Below are positions 1-7,864 of a stretch of 12,130 bases of DNA, piece by piece. Each line of letters begins with the position of its first letter. Positions within the stretch are counted from its first letter, which is position 1. The stretch is from Armatimonadota bacterium (GTDB taxonomy: Bacteria; Sysuimicrobiota; Sysuimicrobiia; Sysuimicrobiales; Humicultoraceae). A model generated the notes under the pieces. That model ran no database searches. It saw only the letters and a program-made list of their open reading frames with translations, and had not been told where the DNA came from. Location: assembly GCA_052386995.1 (NCBI GenBank), contig JBQTJP010000229.1, positions 1 to 12,130 of the forward strand, written 5' to 3'. Both the position numbers and the translations under genes were made by a program.

Positions 1-838
1 CCAGGATGACACGCGGACCGAGGAATCGCAGGTGCGCCAGGTGCTCGACGGGAGTGCGTCCGTACCGCGCGCGGATGCGCTCGACCTCGAACTCGTACTG
101 CGCGCAGTGGATTTGAATGAGCAGGCCGTGCTCGGCAGCAGCACGCGCGGTCGCCTGCAGGAGCTCGGGGCTGCAGTTGTCGACCGCGTGCGGGCACAGC
201 AGGGTCTCCGCCAGACCGCCCCGCGTCCCGCGGTGGAGCACCGCGAAGTCGACCGCCCGGCGCATCGCCTCGAACCCGAACTCCTCATCCGGATGCCAGC
301 CCGCGGTGCCATCGGCCTCATAGTAGACTCGCTCTGAGCGGTAGGAGAGGGACGCGTACACCCGGGCGCCGATGCGTGCGGCAGAATCCAGGAGCATCTC
401 CTCATCGCCGGGCGGATTCCCAAGCCACCACAGCGGTCCGGAGCCGGCGGCATCGACGATCGTCGTGGCCCCACACTTCAGCATCTGTACGAGCGAGAAC
501 TCGGCGGACACGCGCTGCTCGTCGGGCGACAGCGACGGCGGCAGCTCGCGGGTGGCGACGCTTTCGCGCGAGGGGCTGTACCGTCCGCGCCGGCCGCCGT
601 GGGCCGGCGCGTCCACGAACGGCGCCATAAGCTCAACGCCGATGTGCGCGTGCGTGTTGATGAAGCCCGGGGCCAGCAGCATGCCCGGCGCGTCGACGAC
701 GGTTCCGGGAACGCCGTCCCAATGCGGGCCGGCGTAGAGGATCCGATCTCCGTCGAACGCAACCTCGCCGTCTGGGATCACCCGGTGGCGCGCTCCATCG
801 AACGCGACAACCCACCCCGCGCGAATCAACGTTGTCAT
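1..838 (-). CDS. Amidohydrolase, chlorohydrolase/deaminase-like subfamily (3' end runs off the left edge)
   Basis: Not in the ORF track because it has no stop in the window. Manual translation from ATG 838 is open to base 1: MTTLIRAGWVVAFDGARHRVIPDGEVAFDGDRILYAG...LLAPGFINTHAHIG...LKCGATTIVD...CPHAVDNCSPELL...IQIHCAQYEFE...TPVEHLAHLRFLGPRVIL. Intact HxH metal motif; starts 4 nt after the stop of the upstream gene (843-845). Confidence 0.92.
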   Translation of the reverse strand, partial: MTTLIRAGWVVAFDGARHRVIPDGEVAFDGDRILYAGPHWDGVPGTVVDAPGMLLAPGFINTHAHIGVELMAPFVDAPAHGGRRGRYSPSRESVATRELPPSLSPDEQRVSAEFSLVQMLKCGATTIVDAAGSGPLWWLGNPPGDEEMLLDSAARIGARVYASLSYRSERVYYEADGTAGWHPDEEFGFEAMRRAVDFAVLHRGTRGGLAETLLCPHAVDNCSPELLQATARAAAEHGLLIQIHCAQYEFEVERIRARYGRTPVEHLAHLRFLGPRVIL

Positions 839-842
839 GGCG

Positions 843-2147
843 TCAGTGCGGTCCCACGACCCGGCGCCCGTTCACATACACCGCGCGTACCTGGTCGAGG
901 GCCGGCGAGAACACGGCGATGTCGGCCGGCCGGCCGGCCTCCAGCAGCCCGGCGTCGAAGACGCCCGGCAGCGCCCGGGCGACGTTCCCGGTGGCCAGGG
1001 CGAGAGCCTGCGGGGCCATCATGAGCCGTTCGCGGACGATCCCCGCGAGGGGAACCGACACCGGATCGTAGTTCCCCGACGCGTAGTCGGTGCCGACCAT
1101 GTCGACCAGGCGTTCGCGCACGAGCGCCAGGAAGTTGGTGAGGTCTCCTTTGCCTTTCGTTCGCGTAAACAGATCCAACCCTGAGATCTCCAGCAGCGCT
1201 CCGCGTTGGCGCAGCGCGCGCGCGTAACGCACAGACTCCTCTTCGGTAAAGCTCGGATGATTGGCGTGTCCGGCGATCATGCGCGCCGAGGCGACCTCCA
1301 TCACCACCTCGGCGGACGCCGCCGCGTGGTGGACGATGAAGGGCCGGTTCACCCGCGACGCCGCCGCCGCGGCCTCCCGGAGCCCGTCGAAGGCATGAGC
1401 CATCGAGGGCAACACGCACTGCTGCACGGTGTCGATGACCGCGTCCTCTGACATCCGTCCACTGAGCCCGCCGGCTTCGATCGCCCGGCGCAACGCGGGC
1501 CGGTCGAGGTTCGCGGGGTCGATGGTGCGACCCAGCACCGCGTCCTTCAGCGCGCGCGCCTGGAACGCGTCGATCTGCAGGCCGCTGCGGTCTCTGATCG
1601 CCTTGGGGATGTACAGATACTCCTGCTGCCCGCCGCCCAGGGTGCCGCCGGCCCCCACTTCGCCGATGACCGCGGCCCCCTGCCCCACCAGTTCGTCCAC
1701 CGTGGCCTTCCGGTGCGCGTCGGTCAGCCCCGCCCCGTCGGCCGCCTCGGCGGCCCGAATGTTCGCGGGTGTGTGTGCCGTGCATTTCTTGACCTTGAGC
1801 GGATGACGGTCGGCGAGGGCCAGGTACTCCGACCACAACGGGAATCCATCGACCGAGAGGACCGACGTCGTGCCGCCGCGGAGGTGCCGGTCTTTGAAGG
1901 CGTGCACTTCGGCCTCCGTGGGCGCCCTCGATCCCGTGGCATGCGCCGGTCCGAGCGTCACGCAGTGCACGTGGATGTTGATCAGGCCCGGCGCAATGAT
2001 GCTGTCGCGATCGTCTGCCGTCGCCGGCCCGGGAGCCGGACCGGGTCCGACCCGGGCGATGCGGCCGTCCTCGATGACGACGAATCCGGGCTCGTGAACG
2101 GTCGACCCGTCGCCGGTCACCACGATGCCGGTGAGAATGTCGGCCAC
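843..2147 (-). CDS. Amidohydrolase superfamily metallohydrolase (divergent subfamily), about 434 aa
   Basis: Within ORF 843..2309. Likely start is GTG 2147 (MADILTGIVVTGDG), just after the upstream stop at 2165-2167. Motifs: IEDGRI, APGLINIHVH (HxH), GGTTSV, FIVHHA, GHANH, VGTDY, ATGNVA, GLLEAGRPADIAVF, VYVNGR. Confidence 0.88.
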   Translation of the reverse strand: MADILTGIVVTGDGSTVHEPGFVVIEDGRIARVGPGPAPGPATADDRDSIIAPGLINIHVHCVTLGPAHATGSRAPTEAEVHAFKDRHLRGGTTSVLSVDGFPLWSEYLALADRHPLKVKKCTAHTPANIRAAEAADGAGLTDAHRKATVDELVGQGAAVIGEVGAGGTLGGGQQEYLYIPKAIRDRSGLQIDAFQARALKDAVLGRTIDPANLDRPALRRAIEAGGLSGRMSEDAVIDTVQQCVLPSMAHAFDGLREAAAAASRVNRPFIVHHAAASAEVVMEVASARMIAGHANHPSFTEEESVRYARALRQRGALLEISGLDLFTRTKGKGDLTNFLALVRERLVDMVGTDYASGNYDPVSVPLAGIVRERLMMAPQALALATGNVARALPGVFDAGLLEAGRPADIAVFSPALDQVRAVYVNGRRVVGPH

Positions 2148-2164
2148 GGCACTCAGCGATTCGA

Positions 2165-2881
2165 TCAGCGGACGCTGAGCCGCTGATCGGCGCTCGCGGT
2201 GGCGGCGTGCAGCGCGCCGAGCACCTCGGCGGTGATGTTGATCTTGGCGAAGACCTCGCCCATCACGCGGAGCGCGAACTCGTGCATCTCGTGTGTCCAG
2301 GTGCCGCACGCGTCGTCCACGACGATCACCCGGTAGCCCAGGTCCTTGGCATCGCGCGCCGCGCTTTCAACGCAGCCCCCGGTCATCACCCCGACCATGA
2401 TGAGGTTGCGGATACCGATGTTCTGCAGCACATAGTGGATGGGCGTCGAATTGAACACGCTGCCCGTCGTCTTGTCGAAGACCATCTCGTCGCCCAGGGG
2501 GGCCAGTTCCTCTAGGACCTCGGCGTCTCTGGAGCCAGGCGGAGCCATGAGGCCCAGCTCTTTGTGCGCGAGGCTGCGGTCGCGGCCGTCGCGCGTCATC
2601 GCGCAGATGCGCGTGAAGAGCACCTCGACGCCGAGCGCGCGGCACGCGTCCTGCAGGCGCCGGATGTTCGGCACGATCATCTCCAGCCGGCGCTCCATGT
2701 ACTCCAGGCCATTGGTATACCCGCAGTCCCGCCGGTATTTCAAGATTCCGTGGTCTTTGTGGGCATCCGCGTACTGCATGTCGATCACCAGCAACGCGGT
2801 GGCCTCGCGCCGCAGCACAGGGTCCGGCAGCCGCGGCCGCCAGCCGATGTACGGGTCGTCGCGCGCGATCGGTGCGGTCAT
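2165..2881 (-). CDS. Isochorismatase-family cysteine hydrolase (amidase-type), 238 aa
   Basis: ATG 2881 with SD GGAGGGAG (2896-2889) 7 nt upstream. Asp-Lys-Cys triad contexts: ALLVIDMQ, FDKTTGSVFNST, GVMTGGCVESAARDA, followed by VVDDAC. Confidence 0.92.
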   Translation of the reverse strand: MTAPIARDDPYIGWRPRLPDPVLRREATALLVIDMQYADAHKDHGILKYRRDCGYTNGLEYMERRLEMIVPNIRRLQDACRALGVEVLFTRICAMTRDGRDRSLAHKELGLMAPPGSRDAEVLEELAPLGDEMVFDKTTGSVFNSTPIHYVLQNIGIRNLIMVGVMTGGCVESAARDAKDLGYRVIVVDDACGTWTHEMHEFALRVMGEVFAKINITAEVLGALHAATASADQRLSVR

Positions 2882-3002
2882 GTGTTGTCTCCCTCCGGTG
2901 ATTTTTCGCCTTCGTGCGAAAGCCGCCCTTTCCTGCACCTGCGACAGGGCCGAGGCGCCTCGCGGCTAATTCCCTTCGAAGGACAAACCGGTAGGAGGCG
3001 TC
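2882..3002. promoter_or_regulatory. 121-bp divergent intergenic region with two Shine-Dalgarno sites; presumed bidirectional promoter region
   Basis: SD GGAGGGAG on the - strand (2896-2889) and AGGAGG on the + strand (2993-2998). Dyads: TTTCGC-N6-GCGAAA (2904-2921), CGAGGCGCCTCG (2951-2962), CCTTCGAAGG (2973-2982). No clear -10/-35 boxes identified. Confidence 0.55.
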
Positions 3003-4106
3003 ATGGAGGTTGTCGTTATCGGCGCAGGGGTCATTGGTGCATCGGTCGCCTACCGGCTTGCCCGAGCCGGCGCGGCCGTCACTATTCTGGAAGCGTTGCA
3101 GGTGGGCGGCGGTGCGTCCGGTGCCAGCTTCGCCTGGACGAATTCCAATGGCAAAACGCCGCAAGCCTATCACGATTTGAATGTGGCGGGCATGCGAGCG
3201 CACGCCGCGCTGCGCGACGAATTCGACAACATGCCGTGGTGGCACGGCAGCGGCAACATCGAATGGGCGACGGATGGAGCCGGGCGGCAGGCCCTCCAGG
3301 CCAAGGTGGAGCGGCTGCGGTCGTGGGGCTATATCGCGGAGCATCTCACCCCCCAGCAGCTCATCGAGATGGAACCAGAGGTGGATCCTGCCGCGGTCGC
3401 CGATGCCGCGATCGCGTACTATCCCGAAGAGGGGTGGGTGGACGCGGTGGTCTACGCGCGCGCCATGGCGGAGGCCGCGGTCCGCTACGGCGCTCGGCTT
3501 CGCACCGGCACGCGCGTGACGTCCGTGCAGGTCTCCAGCGGCCGCATCACCGCCGCGCGCACCGCCGCCGGCGAGTCGTTCGGCGCGGATATCATCGTGA
3601 ACTGCGCCGGACATTGGGCAGACGAAGTCGCCGGCCTGGCGGGGACGCGTCTCCCGCTGGCGTCGCGGGCCGGCTTGCTCGTGCTGACCCCGCCCGTGCC
3701 GACCCGCCCGCGGCGGATCCTCCACGCGCCCGAGTGCAGCATCCGCTCCGACGCCGGCGGTCGGCTGATGCTGCATGCGGACGAGCTCGACGGTGAGCTC
3801 CGTCCGGACGCACCTCCTGGTCCTTCGGCGTCGCTGGCCCATGAAGTCATCCGGCGCGCCGCGGCGGTTCTTCCCGGACTCGCCGGCGTCGCTCCTGAGG
3901 CCGTACGCATCGGCATCAGGCCGATTCCCAAGGACGGTCTGTCGGCCGTCGGGCCGCTGCCCGGCCTCGACGGATACTATGCGGTTGTCACGCACAGCGG
4001 CGTGACACTGGCGCCGTTCCTCGGAAGCGCCGTGGCGAACGAGCTCGCGCTGGGCCGCACAGAGCCGCTGCTGGAGCCGTTCAGGCCCAGCCGCTTCGCC
4101 ACCTGA
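3003..4106 (+). CDS. FAD-dependent oxidoreductase, D-amino acid oxidase/glycine oxidase (DAO/DadA-like) family, 367 aa
   Basis: VVVIGAGVIGASVAYRLA dinucleotide-binding motif, GGASGASFAWTN, EGWVD, IVNCAGHW, GIRPIPKDGLSAVG, THSGVTLAP, PFRPSRF; SD AGGAGG upstream. Confidence 0.93.
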   Translation: MEVVVIGAGVIGASVAYRLARAGAAVTILEALQVGGGASGASFAWTNSNGKTPQAYHDLNVAGMRAHAALRDEFDNMPWWHGSGNIEWATDGAGRQALQAKVERLRSWGYIAEHLTPQQLIEMEPEVDPAAVADAAIAYYPEEGWVDAVVYARAMAEAAVRYGARLRTGTRVTSVQVSSGRITAARTAAGESFGADIIVNCAGHWADEVAGLAGTRLPLASRAGLLVLTPPVPTRPRRILHAPECSIRSDAGGRLMLHADELDGELRPDAPPGPSASLAHEVIRRAAAVLPGLAGVAPEAVRIGIRPIPKDGLSAVGPLPGLDGYYAVVTHSGVTLAPFLGSAVANELALGRTEPLLEPFRPSRFAT

Positions 4107-4125
4107 CTGTTCTCCGCTCATCACT

Positions 4126-5097
4126 GTGACCATCGTCGTGACGGGGGCAGCCGGCTTCCTCGGGGTCCACCTCGTGAAGGAGCTCGCGGCGGCGGATCAC
4201 CAGGTGATCGGCGTCGACCTGACCGCGCCGGGTGATCTCGTCTGGGCCTACCTTGGACCGCTGCGGCATCGTGTCCGGTATGCGCAGGCGGACATCAGCG
4301 TGAGGGGCTCCCTGACCGATGCCGTCAGGGAATCCGCGGACGCGGTCATTCATGCCGCCGCGGTGACATCCACCCCCGAGGTGGAGGCATTCCAACCTCA
4401 GCGGGTTGTGGATGTCAACGTCCTGGGCACGTTCGAAGCGCTGCGTTTTGCCAGAGCCGCCGGGGCACGGCGGTTCCTCTACCTCAGCTCTTCCGGCGTG
4501 TACGGTGAAACCTCTCCCGCCGAACCTGTCCTCGAGTCTCAGCGACTCCAGCTCCACAGCCTCTACGCGATGACCAAGTTTACCGGTGAGCGACTCGTCA
4601 CGCTCGAGAGCAGAGAAGCGGGCCGCTCGGCGGCCACCGCCCGACCGGCCGCCCTGTACGGGCCGATGGAGCGTCCCACGGAGTCTCGCACCGTCATGTC
4701 CCCGATCTATGCGCTCGTGCGCGCCGCGGCGGCGAGGCGTCGGGTCAGGATCTCGCGACCAGAGGTCGTGCGCGACTGGACCTACGCGGCGGACGTCGCA
4801 CGCGGCCTGCGCCTCCTGGTGGAAGCGCCGGTCTTGCCCTACGACTGTTACAACCTGTCGTGCGGAAAGGGAACATCGCTCGCCGAAGTCGCCGACACCC
4901 TCGTCGGGATTGCACCGGGGTTTTCGTGGCAGGCCGCCGAGGCAGGGCACGCCGAGCTCGAGGGCGCCCGGATCTCGGGGCGGGGACCGCTCGATATCTC
5001 ACGGCTCCGCGAGCTCGGATTCGTGCCGCACTATTCAATGAGGGACGGGCTCAGCGAAACCTTACGGTGGGTGGCGGAGAGTGAACGTGGAACGTGA
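4126..5097 (+). CDS. NAD-dependent epimerase/dehydratase (extended SDR), 323 aa
   Basis: TGAAGFLG (TGxxGxxG), VIHAAA, VNVLGT, LSSSGVYG, YAMTK (YxxxK), LYGP, RDWTYAADVA. GTG start 19 nt after the DAO stop; no obvious SD. Confidence 0.92.
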   Translation: MTIVVTGAAGFLGVHLVKELAAADHQVIGVDLTAPGDLVWAYLGPLRHRVRYAQADISVRGSLTDAVRESADAVIHAAAVTSTPEVEAFQPQRVVDVNVLGTFEALRFARAAGARRFLYLSSSGVYGETSPAEPVLESQRLQLHSLYAMTKFTGERLVTLESREAGRSAATARPAALYGPMERPTESRTVMSPIYALVRAAAARRRVRISRPEVVRDWTYAADVARGLRLLVEAPVLPYDCYNLSCGKGTSLAEVADTLVGIAPGFSWQAAEAGHAELEGARISGRGPLDISRLRELGFVPHYSMRDGLSETLRWVAESERGT

Positions 5098-5137
5098 GCG
5101 CTCGGGGCTTGGGCGCCGACGGGCTGTGCACCGGCCT

Positions 5138-6392
5138 TTACATTGCGGGGAAACTCGGGCGAAACAGGGACGCCCCGTCCCTTCCGGACCAGCGCGTAAA
5201 CAGCGAGGCCATCTTCGCGTTCACGGATCGTCACGTCGGCCTTCGCGCCGGGCGCCAGCCGTCCCAGGTCGTCGCGTCCTAACGCCCGCGCGCCCCCCAG
5301 CGTCGCGGCCTCATAGACCTCGGCGGCCAGGCCCGAGGCGGGATGCCTGTCGGCCAGCTTGGACGCCAGCGCGGCCCACCGCATCTCCTCGATGACATCT
5401 TGCGGGAATGTGTCTGTGCCCAGGCCGATGTTGATTCCCGCCCGGCGGTAGCGGCTGAACGACTAGAGCAGCCTGCCCGTGCGTCGCATGACCACCGGAC
5501 AGTGCGCGACGTGCACCCCGCGCGCGGCGAGGAGGTCCAGATCCCTGTCGCCATTTTCCGCGATGTGAAGCGCGTGCGTCAGGATCACATCTGGCCCCAG
5601 GAAACCGATGCGGTCGAGGAACGAGACGGGATCGGTGCCCTGCGCGGCCCGCACCTGCTCGAGCTCGAACCGGGATTGCGCACAATGCATCCGGATGCGC
5701 GCGCCAGCTGCGCTGCCCGCCGTCCGCGTCTCGCGCAGGAGCTCTTCGGAGCTCGTGTCGAGGGTATAGGGAAACAACAGCCCCTGCACGCGGTCGGTGG
5801 ACCGGCGGCGCAGGCGTGCGATGAAGGCGAGCGCGCGCTCGAGCCCGCGGCGTCCGGCCGCACGGTCCCAGACGACGTGCGGCGTTGGACCCGCGACGAC
5901 CCCTGCCCGATAGTGATGGCTGAGGTACGCTCGAACGCCGAGCTCGTCGGCGACCTCCACGAAGATGTCCGGCTCCCACGGCGCGTCATCCCACCGCCTG
6001 AACACCATGCTGTCGATGCCGACCACGGTCGTCGCGCCGCACCGCAGCGCGGTTCCCATCGACAGACGCGCGCCCGCACGGAGCTCGTCGGGCGTAAAGA
6101 CCGGCGTCTCCTTCGGATCTCGCAGCCAGTCATCGGGGCAAATCGCGTAGAGATTGATACGGTCCGCGTCGTACCAGAACGGTCCGTGCGAGACATCGAC
6201 CTGACAATGGAGGTTCACAAACCCCGGGGAGACGAGCCGTCCGGTCGCGTCGAGCACACGGTCGACCGAACCGGCGTACCCGCGGCCGGCGAACACGACG
6301 CGGTCCCCTTCTAACACGAGGTCGCCGCCACCGATGAGGTAGTGTCCGTTCGACCAGGCGACCACGTCACCGCCTCGGATCAGCGTACGCAT
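5138..6392 (-). pseudogene. Disrupted chlorohydrolase-like amidohydrolase (paralog B): in-frame TAG plus frameshifting internal deletion
   Basis: Start ATG 6392 (MRTLIRGGDVVAW, aligned to the paralogs). TAG at 5465-5463, after which the same frame continues as SFSRYRRAGINIGLGTDTFPQDVIEEMR...ATLGGARALGRDDLGRLAPGAKADVTI to 5226. Homology then jumps to another frame, (RS)VNAKMASLFTRWSGRDGASLFRPSFPAM*, with TAA at 5140-5138, matching the C-terminus of paralog A. About 55 codons are missing at the junction. Confidence 0.85.
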
Positions 6393-6516
6393 GAGTTTCT
6401 CAACCCGCATGTGGGTGCAGCCGCCCGGTCGACGACTATGCGCAGCACAATATTTTTGCATGCGCGCGCGCCGGGACGCGCAGGTAAGAGCTGACGGAGG
6501 GGTTGACCTGGGTTCG

Positions 6517-6537
6517 AACTCATTCTGGAAACGAGCT
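6517..6537. repeat. Degenerate copy of the 20-bp palindrome (AACTCATTCTGGAAACGAGCT)
   Basis: Aligns to 6575-6594 with 3 substitutions and 1 inserted base; the starts are 58 bp apart. Confidence 0.65.
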
Positions 6538-6574
6538 GATGGATCGATTTGATCTCGCGCCGTAAGCCACCCGC

Positions 6575-6594
6575 AACTCGTTCCGGAACGAGTT
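6575..6594. repeat. Perfect 20-bp palindrome AACTCGTTCCGGAACGAGTT
   Basis: AACTCGTTCC is the exact reverse complement of GGAACGAGTT; intergenic, about 30 nt downstream of the paralog A stop. Confidence 0.9.
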
Positions 6595-6623
6595 CGTGAT
6601 CGGGATGACCATGCTTGCGTCTG

Positions 6624-7861
6624 TCACTTGCCTGGGAAGGCCGGCAGGCTTGGCGGGAAGAGCACGGAGGCCGGCCGGCGGGCGCGGTCCCAACGGCTCA
6701 ACTGAGCCCGCAGGGCATTGTACGGACCCCGGGCCGCGGCCACCAGCGCGGCTTCGTCGACGTCCACCAGCCTGCCCCCGTCGACGACGGTACGGCCGTC
6801 GATGATGACGTGGCGGATGTCGCGGGCGCTCGCATGGTGCACGAGGGTCGTAATGGGATCGACAACGGGGCCAACATGGAGCTGCTGATCCCGGCGCGGC
6901 GGTAGCGGGTGAAGCTGCGCAGGGAGATGCCGCGCCGCAGATACACCCCCGGACAGTGGCAGACGGTCACCCCATGGCTGGCCAGGCGCTTCAGGTCGCG
7001 GTCCTCGGGGTCAGCGTAGGGGCCGTTGCCCGCGACGTACAGCGCATGGATGAGGACGAGATTGCGATCAAGAATCCCGAGGCGCTCGAGGTAGTCGACC
7101 GGTGTCTGGCCGTACCGTTCTATGATGGCCCGCACCTCCGACTCACTCTGCGCAAAGTGGGTCCGCATGTGTGTGCCGAGCGCGTCCGCGGCCGCCTTGG
7201 CGGCCTGGAGGAGGGCCGGCGTCGAGGCGTCCAACGTGTACGGAAACACATACCCTCGAATGCGGCCCTCGTAGGTCCCGTCGATGCGCCGCGCAAAGGC
7301 GATGGCGTGCTCCAGCGCGCGCAGGGCGCGGGCCTCGTCGCTGGCGTGATGGCGGTCGACGCCATCCCAGTACGACAAGACCGCGCGCACCTGATGCGCG
7401 ACATATGCGCGCGCGCCCATCTGGCCGGCGACCTCGGCGATGAGTTCGGGTTCGTAGGGCGGGTCTTCCCAGCGTTTCGACGCCATCGTCGTGATCGCGC
7501 CGAACGTCGTGGCGCCGCCGCGGATCAGGCACGCCACCGAGAACCGCACGCTCGCCTCGGTCGCGGCCTCATCGAGGACCTCGGGCCCCTCGCCTTCGAC
7601 CCAGGCGCGCGATTTCGGGAAACCGGGGCTGTCCACATCGATGCGGAACACCTGGAGGTCCACGTTCGTGACCGCGTGCAGATTGACGAAGCCCGGCGAG
7701 ACAAGGCAGTCGGAGGCATCAATCGTGCGATCCACCTGTCCGGTGTAACCGCGGCCCACGAAGACAATCCGGTCGTCGTCGTAGACGACCTCGCCGCCCG
7801 CAATGATCCGATGGCCGCCGTCATACCCGACGACATACCGCCCGGTCATGCGGGTCCGCAC
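6624..7861 (-). pseudogene. Disrupted chlorohydrolase-like amidohydrolase (paralog A): frameshifting internal deletion removing the GTD strand
   Basis: GTG 7861, MRTRMTGRYVVGYDG...PGFVNLHAVTN...THFAQS...IHALY...HCPGVYLRRGISLRSFTRYRRAGI (to 6887). Homology resumes in another frame at 6884: QLHVGPVVDPITTLVHHASARDIRHVIIDGRTVVDGG...LFPPSLPAFPGK*, TGA 6626-6624. The NIGLGTD...KAD segment (about 70+ codons, judged from paralog B) is absent. Confidence 0.87.
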
Positions 7862-7864
7862 GTC

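Noticed and set aside
2904..2921. Hairpin with an ACGA-containing loop upstream of the cysteine hydrolase, suggesting a guanidine-II riboswitch
   Set aside because: The loop is 6 nt (ACGAAG) rather than a closed ACGR tetraloop, and the required second hairpin is absent.
2367..4133. Long alternative ORFs (2367..4133 -, 2564..3796 +, 835..1836 -, 5343..6314 +, 6956..8002 +, 10620..11810 - and others)
   Set aside because: Arg/Pro/Ala-rich shadow frames overlapping well-supported genes, as expected at this GC content; no recognisable motifs.
5031..5384. 117-aa ORF as an independent gene
   Set aside because: It is the post-amber part of paralog B followed by out-of-frame read-through past the deletion junction into the SDR gene.
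6444..6460. AGCACAATATTTTTGCA, resembling an NtrC-type TGCAC-N7-GTGCA box or a sigma54 promoter
   Set aside because: Mismatches in both half-sites, no GG-N10-GC spacing and no second site; could simply be an AT-rich promoter element.
6503..6566. Short plus-strand ORF (TTG...TAA, MTWVRTHSGNELMDRFDLAP) and a TTGACC -35-like hexamer
   Set aside because: The SD-like GGAGG is too close to the TTG, there is no properly spaced -10, and nothing else supports it.
6517..6594. Two similar palindromic units separated by 37 bp, resembling a minimal CRISPR array
   Set aside because: Only two short, non-identical units, with no cas genes or leader in the window.
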